A stretch of DNA of 63,411 nucleotides, filler included, from Octopus bimaculoides (lineage: Eukaryota), in NCBI RefSeq assembly GCF_001194135.2. It is 4 parts of 4 records of this genome, joined end to end, with 100 filler letters (N's around TTAATTAATTAA, not from the genome) between each part and the next. Parts side by side here need not be neighbours in the genome. Positions count along the whole stretch, not along the records: positions 8,726 to 29,220 come from NC_069000.1; 3 more parts are not named here. One strand, written 5' to 3'. Below are positions 10,625 through 23,985 of the stretch, in pieces. Each line of letters opens with the position of its first letter. Position 1 is the stretch's first letter. Below the pieces are notes generated by a model that ran no database searches, was not told the DNA's origin, and worked only from the letters and a program-made list of their open reading frames with translations. The translations under genes were made by a program, and so were the position numbers.

Positions 10625-13600
10625 TACACACACACACATATGCACGCACGCACACGAGGCCTCTACATGACTGCTCAACATAACAGCCGAATATTCCTCA
10701 AATCACACCTTGACGTTGAAAACAAAAACGGAAAGGAGATTAGTTCAACAACTTCTAGATACTTTGTATTTGAGTGATGGACGAGAGATGGTCACAGCAG
10801 GCGTGACCAGGAAGATTTGGTTGCTATTTCTAGTAGCTTAAGTGGTCACATCAGAGACTCGGTTAACTGGGTCGGTGTATTTAGTCGTTTGTCGACAGCT
10901 GATTTTCCTCTCAAAGTTTACAAATCAGAACTTAGAATATTGCGCTGTTTATGTTTAGCAAAATTTGAAGTATTTTTATTCCATTAAAAAAAAGTGGTAA
11001 GAAGTTTTCCTCCCAGCTACATGGTTCTGGGTTCAGTCCCACTGCGTGTCACCTTGGGCAAGTGTCTGCTATTATAGCCACGAGCAGTACCTCCCCTAGC
11101 TGCAGATCTAACCGACCTCAAAACAACGTCTGTTCATGTTCCTCTCTATACGGTGATGTTTTTAAGGGCCAAAGAACTGTTTGTTATTCAGCCAAAAGAC
11201 CTGCAATTCTGAGAAGATGCCGGAGGGGTGTTACTCGATTACATCGATCGACACCAACATTTGACTGGTTCTTTATTTTATCGATAAAAGGCGCGTTAAC
11301 GATTCAGCCAACCTGCAGCCCAGACGAACCATAGAGAGGGCCACTATATATCCGTTCCACCTATTAGAGATAGCAGTCGAATTTAACTTCGAATCCCACA
11401 CTTTAGTTAGGTTTAGGGTTCCTTTGTCGACCTCCTGCGCAACTTTTTACTCGCACATTTAATAATGTAGTCCTAGATATACTATAGCCACAAGAGACGG
11501 GGGTGGTTATAGCTAAAATACTTATGGTCGTAGGTTTGCTCAATCAGGCTTACAACTTAAAAACCAGCGACGGGGACGATACGCAGGCGTTAAAGAGAAA
11601 AGACAGGAACAAGTCTCAATCAGCTTTCCCAGGCAGGTGAGATTGATACGGGCGATGTTCAGTTTGAACATTTTTAAGTCAATGACAGCAGAAAGAACAT
11701 CACGGGGGGAGGGGGCGGTCCGGGTGGATTAATGGATTAATGGGGTGGGGGTTGGTGTATTTTTATGTGTGTGTGTGTGTAGTTTGATTTTACACGCACA
11801 CAGTAAAATTAATTAAACATACTTATACACATTGTATAATGCATGCATGAATACACCGCACACACACATACACACACATATATATATAATGTATATACAC
11901 AGGCGCACACATACACATAAACATAGGTATACATAAATCGTTAAAATTACGTGAAGGTGGGCGTGTGCCTGGATACACTCACATAAACGCTTGTGTGTGT
12001 GAGTGTAAATGAGAAAGAAACAGGCCGTGTGTTTATATTATGTAAGCACCAGTGTTAAGTCTGTGTGTATGAATATTATACACCTCCTGTTTAATATATA
12101 GCGTGTGTACGTATGTACATACGCATGTATGTATACATATCTGTGTGTGTTTATACATGTGAAATCTTCATAAATTATAGAATTGGAGCAAAAGCAAAGT
12201 TTTCCGCAAAGGAACTTATATCGATTCCAGAACAATAATAGATTCGTCTTGGCATGTTTACCTTCGCGTACGTTTGAGCGCGCGAAATGACAAAGGGTTG
12301 AAGGAAGCGCAGTCGTTGTTAAGGCGGGGTCGAGCAGATATCGGCTATGTTTAAGGGTTCGTTCAGAGTCGTGACTGCAGTGCAGTCTGGACTGCATTAT
12401 TTCAATGTGGATTTCTTGAAGGAAATTAGGCTCTTATTTCTAGCAAGTCACGCAATCACGCAGTCACAGTTTTGTAGTAGTAGTAGTAGTAGTAGTAGTA
12501 GCAGCAGCAGCAGTTGTCGAAGTTAAACCAAGTGAACTTGGCAGGTACAACGTAAGAAGCAAATTAATTTGGTTGCAGGTGCAAATGAGGTTCCAGGGGC
12601 GAAGACAAATGCTTTGTGCATATGAGGGAGAGAGAGAGAAAGCGTAGTTGACACTAAAACTATGAAGGGGGGAAAAAGGATATATATAAAGTTGAGGGTG
12701 TAGACATCGGGAAGAAGGTATTCAACGCATAGTTTATTTGTTGGAAATAGTCGCGCTTCAATCGGCGCGTACGATCGTTCAGGTAGCAAGGTTATGGATA
12801 GAAGCATATTTATTTAGAGATATTACTAACAAATTTCATATTAAAGGTATTATAGCAACAGGTATATGCATGTAGGTGTGTGTGTGTGAATTACACCGAT
12901 ATTCGGGGTGAGGGCAGCAGCTTCTTTGTAACTGCTCAACATTTTAAAGGTAAACTAGAAAACGTCTTTTTTTATGAAATAAATTATCACAGAAGGAAAT
13001 GACAGCAAACATTTGGTGGTTTATTGCAATGATCGAGTCTATGATCAGAGACATTCCTAAGGTGACCATCTCATCGTTTTTACAAGGTAGTACATCCAAC
13101 AGCACATCATTTTTTTTTTTAAGTAGGATATGATTTGGGTAGGATTATGGTGCTATTTCTAGCAGGTTAAGAGACGCGTTAATGAGGGGGGAAATATCGA
13201 GAGATGGGTATCGAGTTAAACCAGAGATCATGTCCATCCATCCATCCATCTATCTATCTGTGACTATCTGTCTCTCTATCGATAAGCCCCTCCCTTTCTA
13301 TCTCAGTCGGTGTCTGTCTACCTATCTATCTGTCGGCCTGTATTTCTATCTCAGAGGGTGTATACCAGTCTATCTGTATTTATATGCATTTATGTGTGTA
13401 GATATAATTGTATGGGAATTTTAGTCAACAGGTATATGTTTGCGCATCTTTCATAAGTGTGTGTATATATATACACAACTGGACGTAATGTGAATAAGAA
13501 ATATTAAACATATATAAATCTCTTAAAAGTGCTTAGGAGCATAGAGAGAGGAGGAAATTATTGATGTCTACGGAGAAGTTGGAAGAGGTCAAACATTTAA

Positions 13601-16600
13601 GAAGTCTTCTTTGTGCCTACGCTACATCAACTCGAAAATAGATCAGCATATGAAAGGAACGGTGACAATAACATCAGTGATGACAATGACAATAGTGATG
13701 ACGATGACAATAGTGATAATGTTGCGTGGGTGTTAATGTTTAACCCTAGGTCAGAGCTGACCGATCTAAACTAGACCAGTATTCATTTTTGAAAAACGTG
13801 ATCAGAGTGGGATTTGGGTTTTATTTCTAGCAGGTCCAATGACCACGTTAGAGGCTCCGCTTCCCTATATTTATTTATATATTATTTTCATGTGGTAGTG
13901 TTTGATTAAAGGAGGGATTTAGCTGCTATCGCTGCCCGGTCAAGCGACCACGCAGTGGTACAGGAACGTGTGAAAACAACCGTAGAAGTGCATTAGCTAT
14001 AATATATACGTACATCCATGCACACACAAACATATATATACACACACAAACATATATATATATATATACACACACATAAACACACGTATGTACGGAAATT
14101 TTAGTCAACAGGTACATGAATTATGTTTGCGCATGTTTTTGTGATTAGAGTGAGGGGATTTTTTTGCCTGCTATTTCTAGCATGCTAGTTGTTGTTAGTT
14201 AATAAAAGTGTAAAACAAATGAAAAAAGGTAAACTGTACCGTGTTTTTGACACCGTTTGTCCGCAGAATTGGCACAGGAGGAGTATCTGGCAGAAGAACA
14301 GTTCGCTTTGGTAGCGTTAAAGAGCCGCATCGTTGAAGTGTCGACGGCCGAGTTGGTTAAGCTGATGGTGGGGTACCTGTTTTAGTGGGGGTTTTATGGC
14401 GGAGACGGAGACGGTGTCGGTAGGGATCCGTGTGTGTGTGCGTGCGTGTGTTTGTGTCTGTCACGAACGACACGGCAGGGCGGTTTGTTATTGTACTACT
14501 GGAGATAGTAGTAGTAGTAGTAGTAGAGGTGGTGGTGGTGGTGGTGGTAGGTGACGGTTTGTTGTTTTCGTGCTTCTTCTTCTTGTTGCTGGTATGAGTG
14601 GTAAGTAGTAAGACTGGTTGGTGAGGGTCGTTACAGCATGGGAGATTTGTTATTGTGCTGCTACTGATGTTAGTAAATAGAGTCGGAATGGTGGAGGTGG
14701 TGGTGGTGGTGGAGGCGGCGGCGCTTGTGTTGTTGTTGTTGTTGTTTAGCACCAAATCAACCCTGAATCGGGGAAAGACCGCAAAAGAAAACCATGGCAG
14801 TTGTCACCATGCCGTCCTTTTTAAGACTGCAAAACTACATCAGATTCTTTATTTAAGATATTAAGGGAGACCAAGCTGCTATTTCGAGCAAGCCATGCGA
14901 TCACGTAGAGGCTCCCACGTTGTGTTGCTAGGTGTTGTTGCTGTTGCTGTTGGGGGTGTAGTAAGAGGGGGGAGTGTTGTGCGTGACTGAAGGAGAAGGG
15001 TGTGCTGAGGGAGAGAGAGAGAGAGAGAGAAAGGCAAAGATATTTATTGTGTTGCTGCTGTGTTTGTGGTAGAGGTCGTAATGATAGTGGTGGTGGCGAC
15101 GGCAGCGGTGTGCTACTTAGTAATAATCGTAGTGGTGGTGGTGGTGGAATGGTAGAGGTGGCGGCGACGAGAAGGTAACTGTGACGGCGGTGGCGACAGT
15201 GTGGTGGTAGGAGGAATAATTGTCGCGATGAGTGATAGTGGTAGTGATCATGAAGATGATGATGGTGGCGGTGGCGGTAGTGGTGGTGGTGGTAGAAGCG
15301 GTAGATCTTAAGAGCTCGGTCACGTGATAAGCCACCTGCCATTCGACGACGCCTCTTAGCTTTTCGGTAGTAGTCACAGCAACAGGACTAACAGAGTAGG
15401 AGGCAGAGATAAAGAGAAAGCGGACAAAGCCAGAGTGAGAGAAGGAGTGTGAGAGATAGAAAAGTTCAAACGAGGAAGGAGGGGGAGAAATTAAGATGAA
15501 GCTAAGTAGATAGATAGAAGTTAGAGAAAGAGTAGACGGGAGAAGGACTAGAAAAAAAGCTACAAGAGTAGAAGTGACAGTGAATAGTTGTTAAATAGAG
15601 AGGGGGGATGTGTGACAGAGTAAAGGGAATGAGAGAGAGAGAGAATGGGAAGATTACATGACAGGGAAAGTCGTGCGTGACAGAGTAAATGAGACAAGAG
15701 CTGCAGAGAGAAAGAAAAGAGATGGCTAAGTGTAGATGGAGTAAAAGAAAATACGGTGCGAAGAGGAATTGCAAAGAAAGAAAGGAATGGGCGAAAGAGC
15801 GAGTGGCAGCTCGAAATGATCTGCCTGTCTCCCCCCCCCCTCTCTCTCTCATCATGAACATGGCTCCAGTGGTGGACTTTACTTTATCTTTTTAATCTCC
15901 TTTCTTTACACTTAGATAAATACATTAGATTAACTAGATAAGCTGTGCAATGATAAGACAGATGAAACCTCTACGTGGTGGCACGACCTTCTGGAAATAA
16001 CAGCCAAATCACTCTTAAGTAACATCTTCCACCTTAAAGAGGTGAAGAGTATTTGAGGGCGATTTAGCTTGAAAAGGGACGGAAAACGTTACGTAAGCGA
16101 GTCTTAGATTGTTATCCCTAAACAATGGCACGGTTTGAATGTTGTATTATTATAAATCAGTTCGATCAGGATCGACTCGGGGTAAGAACAACAATAATTA
16201 CTCGACGTTTTGGAGATAACAGCCAAACCTCCCTCAAATTATAACTTTTTAACGTAAAAAGTACAAAGTTGATGATGTAGTGTCTGATGTCAAAAGACAA
16301 GATGGTCACAGCCGGAACGCCGATGTACATAAGTCTGCTTTTTACGGTCAGCCTGGGGTTAAATAACAACATAGACAAGGAAACAAACAAAAGACAGCTA
16401 GAGAGACAGATAGAGTGATAGATAGGTAGAGAGGGAAAGATAAAGACAGATAGCTAGACAGACAGACAGACTGATTGATAGAATAGATGGACAACTAGAA
16501 AGATATCTATACATACACACATGCATGCATACACATTGGTGTGTCTACATTCACAAAGAATGACTAGATTGATAGATAACGAACAAAGCAGATAGAGACT

Positions 16601-17196
16601 AGGGTGGAGGGAAGATGGAGGAGGTCGGAGTTAGAGACAAGACAAGACTGAGAATGTCGTGTCGCGGAACGGAGAAAAAGAAAACAAACGCACGCGCGCA
16701 CGCACCCCTCCCCTCAAGTAATATGAAATGCCAGTGTGTTTTTTTTGGCAAAAGAAAAAGAGATTAAAAGTGAAAGAAACGGCTGTGAATCACTGAGGTG
16801 GAAAGGTAAGCGATGGCCAAGTTAAAGTATGAGCTGAGTGGGGAGAGGAGCGGCAACGACACAATAAAGTCTGCTCGTGTTATGATGGTGATGGTCATGA
16901 TGATGATGATGATGATGATGATAGTAACGAAAGCATTGTAAGAGAAAATTCGCATTTGGGAAATGAAATCTGTCAAGGAAATGAGCGAGGACGAAAGAGA
17001 GAAAAGAGTGTTGAGCCCAAAATTGACAAAAGAAAGACAAAAGTGTTGCTTTGAGAAGAGGAAAATGTAGGGGGGGGATTCAATAGTGTCGTGAGATGTC
17101 GTGACACTTGGCTCACGTACAACGATTCGATAAAAGAGCGAAACTACTTAATATGTAATGTGCCTAATGTCTTTTTTAACAAAAGACAAGGGGCAG

Positions 17197-17228
<32 letters not shown>

Positions 17229-19824
17229 ATAAACAGACTGCGTAAACACGTGTTTAATTAATTCAAAAACCTATCATAAATCTCTATGAAACTTCGTGTA
17301 ATGCGGGTTTCAGCCAACAACTGTTCGACCACACAAACACAAGCACACACACACACACCACACCACACGAAAAGAAAGTGAGTTAACAGAAATAATACAA
17401 AGCGGCTCGTGCCATTTATTTAATAACAAACAAGAATATTTGTTGATTTATTGAAATTATTTCCCCTTTCATGTTGGTTGGACCAATTCCTTGGTGCCAA
17501 TTGGAACCAACTCCAAACGAGAAGAAGAGAAAATTTCAAGGATCAAGAACTCTCCAAAACTGGTCTGTCATCTAAGAAGGATAAGTCAATCTAGTTGTCT
17601 GAAGATAAGAAGATAGCAGCGGAGACGCGTTTCTACCTCGGGAGACGTCATCAGCATAGCAGTTGTCCTACTCCCTTCTCCTGGAGACAAAAGGTGAACT
17701 ACGAATAATTCAGTTGGAACACTCACGTGTGTATATATGTGCGTGTATATGTGATGCATGTGTAATCCTTGCGTATGTATATGTATATATATGTATACAG
17801 AGTGCTGGGCCCTTGTTCTTATAACGTTCAAAATTGCAGAAGCTGGGACTATTTCAGAATGGAGCATAAGTAAGTAACAAGTGAATAAAACCTAGTATAA
17901 AGGTTTAATTAAACCTTCTTGATCGTGGGGTGCAGATTGNNNNNNNNNNGACACGGGCCAAAAATGATTGAGAAACACTGGTCTTGGAAAAGTAAAATCT
18001 CGATGCCAGACTTGCAGATTGTTGAGTTTCTGCCCGTCGCAGCCAATGCTGGGTTACTAGCAGAACAGCTAATTCTCTCCGAAAAGTGAAGGCAGTTCTG
18101 GACACACTTCACCCAGTAGAATCTGTTTCAAAATACGGAGTTTTCTTGTTAAACATTTCATGGATCTCTTATGAAATCCTGCAGCGATGGAAAGTTGTGG
18201 AACAGACATGCTTGATCAGCATGTTTTGGAAAACATCGTATGGATTCTCTCATAATGTCCTGAAGCGATGTGGAGGACTGGAATATACAACCTTGACCGC
18301 TTTCGAGTACGACACACTGCTTGACAACTCATGTCGGTTTGTTCACATCCCCATAACTTTGTGGTTCGTCCATGGAGAAACGATAGTATAAATCCCAGAC
18401 TTCAACGATAGACAGAGAGAGAGGGGGAGGGATGCTGAAGGAGAGAGACAGAGATAGAGAGAAAGAGAGAGGTGAAACTGACATCTGGAGACTGTATCAT
18501 TAAGATGTATTCAGGATAACCTTATTTTCCCATTTAATTTCTAAACTTTTATATAAGCATTTTTTATCGAAATTTGATAAATTTACCATCTCTCGTATGT
18601 ACCTTTGAAAATTAAAATATTTATCTCTTTTTATACGCCTCTGCGTGAGACAAAAACAAGAAAATAAGAAAGAAAAAGGCCACGACATTGTGAATATAGA
18701 ATATGGAGAATACATCACTAAATTAATGTGGCATTTATAATAAAAGCTTTGGCACTGCTTTTAGTTCAATGAAATGATTAAAGGCGCCATTTTGTTGAGC
18801 GATAAACATTTTTGTTAATCTGCAGCGATATCATCAGTTATTTTCTTTGAAGAAACAACACTCTGTTTTCTTTCTTTCTTTCTTTCTATCTTTTTTCAAT
18901 ATAGATGACTCACTGTACACAATATATATATATATATATATANNNNNNNNNNNNNNNNNNNNNNNNNNNNNNNNNNNNNNNNNNNNNNNNNNNNNNNNNN
19001 NNNNNNNNNNNNNNNNNNNNNNNNNNNNNNNNNNNNNNNNNNNNNNATGTATATATATATATATACACGCACTATACACACACACACACACATACATACA
19101 TACATGAAAATAAAATCCGGAATTGGGAGAAACTGGTGAGAATGGATATGCGTTGACTGTTATTGACAGTCGAGAAGGATTTGTTGGGTGTCAGTAAGTT
19201 CGATTCTCGGCAGGAGCTGACTAATGATATTTAAAGTGTTGAATTGTCGAAATGCTTTGCAGCCAGTGTTCGGAGTTCAAATCCAACACAAGTCAATTTT
19301 GTTGTCCTTTCTTTCTGAATCAATGCATATAAACTTCCCGCCTAGAATGGTAAACGGGTAGAGTCGTCAGAGCGCCCTGATGGTGGTGGTGGTGGAGACA
19401 ACGGCGTCAATGCTGAGGAGGAAGATGACGATAATGAATGATTGGTTGATTGAATGAGTGAGTGATTCTGTCTGCCATTAGCAAGCAACAAAGCATCTAC
19501 AACAACAACACCAGGCGTATTTCGTCTCTTGCTGAGAAGGTCTGGTTAGATTAGAACATGTTCAACGTAACGAACGACCATATTTGCCAGATTACATTAA
19601 ATAAATATCAGATTAAATCACTATTAATCCTCCTGCTAATCTCTTCGTCTCCTCACTGCATGTATAATTCAAATTTTCAAAGAGTTCGAATTTCGGAGCC
19701 GTCGGAGCCCCTCATCCCCTCATCCCCTCCATCGGATCTAATTCACATTAGTTATTCGGCATATTTCCACCCTTCCCTACAAATATAAATTTAATTAATT
19801 CAATTAATATTATCATTATTATTT

Positions 19825-20010
19825 TCAAGGCAAGGCACTGGCAAAATGCTTAGCGGTAATTATTCCGGCTCTTAACGTGGTTCTGTGTTCATTTCCCATC
19901 GAAATCAATTTTGCTTCTCATCTTTTCGGGGTCGATAAAATAAAGTACCAGCCACATATGGGATCGATCTAATCGACTTACCCTCCCCTCAAAAATGTTC
20001 CAAAATCAGA
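19825..20010 (+). mobile_element. SINE family B
   Basis: Contains AAAATGCTTAGCGGT...TTTTCGGGGTCGATAAAATAAAGTACCAG...GATCGATCTAATCGACT. Confidence 0.75.
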
Positions 20011-20283
20011 AAGATTTTTATTTTTCATCTATATACTATGAAGTATGTCACTAGTTATTCAACTGTCCCCTTTTCTCTCTACGTACCCATTTTTACTCCC
20101 AAATCGTTATTTTGGATCTGTTCTCCACGTTGCTATCGATGGCTGATTCGATCGATCTGTTTCACCAATATTTCTCCAAGCATTCCTTGTGTAGACAAAC
20201 CTGGATTAATTTTCGTTTCTAGATTCGTCGTAATATTGTTGACATATCATCCTTTACACAATGCTTCAAACAGTTTGCCATTC

Positions 20284-20304
20284 TATAATAATAATGATAA
20301 TAAA

Positions 20305-20361
<57 letters not shown>
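20284..20361. repeat. (AAT)n microsatellite
   Basis: Direct reading. Confidence 0.95.
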
Positions 20362-20364
<3 letters not shown>

Positions 20365-20787
20365 GACAAGCTAATGCACATGACATCCAAGTCTCATAGG
20401 AAGGCCACGACATAACGAGATAATTTTTTATTGTTGTTGCGTTGTATGTATATATGGCACCCAATGGTTCTTTAAGGTCGGTTGATATTTATGGTGGCTA
20501 ATGTTCTGAGAACAGAACTATGAACATGAAACAATCTCATTTACTTCCGCCATAAAATCTCAGACTCTGTGTCGATTATAAACAATCAATGTTTGTTTAT
20601 CTTTTCCGCTGGCAACGATTTAATAATCTCTCTTTTGAAATGGCAAAGATGTTTTCTTGCATTTTGGATGAGGTTGGTTTTCTTCATGTATACGCATGCG
20701 TGTATGTATGTATATGTATCTCTTAGGTACACCTATACATCTCTCTCTCTCTCATTTTCTCTCTTTCTCTGTCTCTGCCTGCGCCTC

Positions 20788-20818
<31 letters not shown>

Positions 20819-20898
20819 ATTTGGTAGAACAAACAGGAGCAGTAGAACACAATACAAGAGTGATTAAACAGTTTGTATTATTTTTAATTGGTGATAAT

Positions 20899-21169
20899 TT
20901 ATAAAGGTGACTCAAGGGTCAGGAGTTTCGTTCATGGTATTTATTAAAGGAACCTACATAAAGATGCGTGTGGGGGTGGAGCGTGTAAGGGAGTGGTTTT
21001 AGGGCACCGGATAGGGACACGTTTCAATAAATTTGTGTTCCGGCCGCAGGCGGTCCGCTTTCAAAATGAATAGTACAAGTTATCAGTTCACCCTCACTTG
21101 CGAGTGATGACGGTTACGTTATATCACGTGACCCAACCCTGCAGTCACGTGGTTCAGTACTATTTAACA
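20899..21169 (-). mobile_element. Possible solo LTR (~270 bp)
   Basis: The minus strand starts TGTTAAA and has AATAAA about 40 nt before an end that only imperfectly matches ...ACA. No second copy in the window. Confidence 0.35.
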
Positions 21170-21636
21170 TGGCTGCCAGTTCGAAGAAGGAAGATTGATT
21201 GTTCAATGGAATAAGGCTTCTAAAAATTAAATGTTCTCTTGTGATTATGGGTTTATTTGAAGAAATGCTTTCCTGTAGGGACTTCGTTATTCGACACGAA
21301 TAAAGTCCCTTACTGGACTTATTATTGTCATCCCTTATGAAGGAGATCTATATGAAAGATGTTCTCAGCATGACCGTCCCAGCGCATCCTCTGGCATAAT
21401 ATATCCCGAGAAGCAGTTGGTGGTGTTAAACCGGGCAACAGATTAGTCCAACACCCAAGAACAGGAACACTTCCTCTGACATGCTTCCACACAGTTTCCG
21501 TCTGCTAAATTCCATTCACCAGGCTTTGATTTACCCGGGGCTCTATCAGAAGACAACTTCCCAAATACACATTCGCCACGATAAACACAAGGTATCAGTA
21601 ACTGACAAACCCCGATCGAGATTTTTTTGCCCATCT

Positions 21637-21787
21637 CAGTTGCGTGGTTGGGGTGGGGGCTTTTCGGCCGGCTGATGCTGTTATGCGGGCGGCACTTTTG
21701 AATATGTTGCATAAGTTTGTATAGAGGATGGAGACAGAGCAAACTGGAGGGCTACCCCGGGTAGCACACACTCTAGCTACGCCTCTG
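21637..21787. mobile_element. PIF/Harbinger-like MITE
   Basis: The termini CAGTTGCGTGGTTGGGG and CTAGCTACGCCTCTG are degenerate CAGTGGCGTAGCTAG-type TIRs. Confidence 0.5.
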
Positions 21788-22925
21788 GTCCGTCTCCGCT
21801 GTCAACATTAACCAAAATCTCTGGTCATACAGGAATAAAGTCCCCTATAGCACCCCCTTTGATAGTTGCCGCTCCACCCTGTGAGTTCATAGCGTTCCCA
21901 TATGGCCAAAACCACCTAATTTGAAGATCACTAGAGTATACCCCCTAGTCCTTCAGAGATCATTGTATAACTGAGAAAATGAATCTACCCATCGCAACCC
22001 TATAGTTCGGCTGACAACTTTTGGGCATACCTACATCATTGTGTCCCGCCTCGACTTTGTTTCCTCATGGAAAATCTCATAAAAAAATATTTATTTTTCG
22101 GAAAGTTATGAGGGAACAAAAACCGACTCATATGGATTTTCCGAAATTTCTCTTCCCCGTCCCCTTGGGGAAAGGTTTTTACAACTAATTCCGACATAAT
22201 CGGAACCTAGACCATATGCAGCGTAATTTATGGAAAATTCCATTGAAAAATATCAATTTTTCTGGAAGTTATGAAGAACCAAATTGGAAGGTGGATTTGT
22301 ACGATAGTGACTGCTTGCCGAGCAGCGCTTGGTTAGAATTGACCTAGGGCTACAAAATCGACAACAACAACACCTGAAGGGCAGAAAGAATAAAAATAGC
22401 CGGCGGTGGCGGATGTGACAGGCGACCGATCGTCTGTGACTCGAGATGTGGTTAGGGCTGTTGCTGGTTTAGCACCGGGTAACACCCCTATTAACGAAAG
22501 AGTTACGAATTAAAAAGGTTTTCCAGCTGTTATCATCCAATCTTCCATTCAGACGTTGTCTAACATGCCCTCCTGTCTTAAGAAGGTAATGGGCGATTTA
22601 AATGAGATTTGGCTGCTCTTTCTACCTACAGCTTTATTTTCTACCGAAGGAGTTCGCTTTTAATTAGTTTTTCTTTGCTTTATAATGTCACACACATACA
22701 CATCTACACACACACACACATCCATAGACACATCCACACACACATACACGCACACACTTCCATACACACACACACACATTGTACTTGATGACCGAGGCAA
22801 CAATAACATCCGGCCAGACTGTATTAAGTGAATTGTACTGAGGGGAGATTTTAAGACAATTTCTTGGAAGGAGGTAACTGACGCGCGCGCACACACCAAC
22901 CCTCTCTCTCTCTCTCTCTCTCTCA

Positions 22926-22963
<38 letters not shown>

Positions 22964-23852
22964 TGTAGGTATATCAATATGTATATAGGTGTTTGTCTGT
23001 CTTTACGTTCTGAGTTCAAATTCCGCCGAGGTTGGCTTGCCTTTCATCCTTTCGGGGTCGATAAATTAAGTACCAGGTGCGTACACACACAACTTTTAAT
23101 ATCTTTTCATGTACTGCAGTTCCAGGGCGGTCACTTTTCATCTGAGCATTCCAGTTTTAACACATTAAAAGACTGACTTTATTCCGACGGTTGTTTTTTC
23201 CTGAATCTTGTGAAATTTCTTCCTACTTCTTGAAGTTTTTCAAATTTTCAATAGATTATTGTCAAAAATATAGTTCTGGTGTAGTTTTGAATGATGAAGA
23301 AAATTGCATTCATTTTCTATTTACTGGAAATTTATAATAAAAATGTTACAAGTATTTAAGGTTTCATAATTTTAGCCAATCCAAAACGTCCATTGCCAAC
23401 ATTTCGGAAGTTGTAGCTGTTGATCTGGAAGTCAGCAAAGACAAAGATATGACAACGAAGACGAAACCTTTAAGCGTTCTCTGAACCTCCTGGAAATAGA
23501 AACCAAATCTTGCTTTTCCGCCTCCAGACACTCCAGATTTTTCAAATTATTTCCAGAATTAGAAAAATTCAAGAACAAAAGATAACATACTACGTTCAGT
23601 TTCAAATGAAACAAAACTGTTTTCGCATTAACTTAATCCCGTGTTCTTATCTATTCTGCTTAATTTAACAATATATACCACCTCCATACTTTTATAACAA
23701 CAAACATTGAGGGCCTATCAGTAAGCACAGCACATTTGACACAGGATTAACGTGTGTGCGCGCGCGCACACATATACATATATATATATATATGTATACG
23801 CACACATAAATACATATATACATATATATATATACACACACATACATAGACA

Positions 23853-23985
23853 CAGGAGTGGCTGTGTGGTATGTAGCTTACCAACCACATGGTTCCGGGT
23901 TCAGTCCCACTGCTTGGCACCTTGGGCAAGTGTCTTCTACTATAGCCTCGGTCCGAACAAAGCCTTGTGAATGGATTTGGTAGAC
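23853..23985 (+). mobile_element. SINE family A 5' head
   Basis: CAGGAGTGGCTGTGTGGT...GGTTCCGGGTTCAGTCCCACTGC...GGATTTGGTAGAC. Confidence 0.88.

Noticed and set aside
14357-15861. Poly-His, poly-Thr and poly-Pro ORFs on the minus strand
   Set aside because: Made of trinucleotide and GA microsatellites and open in several frames, with no domain or convincing exon structure. A low-complexity coding role cannot be strictly excluded.
23100-23620. Possible host exon
   Set aside because: Stops in all frames; at best a very decayed LINE 3' region.
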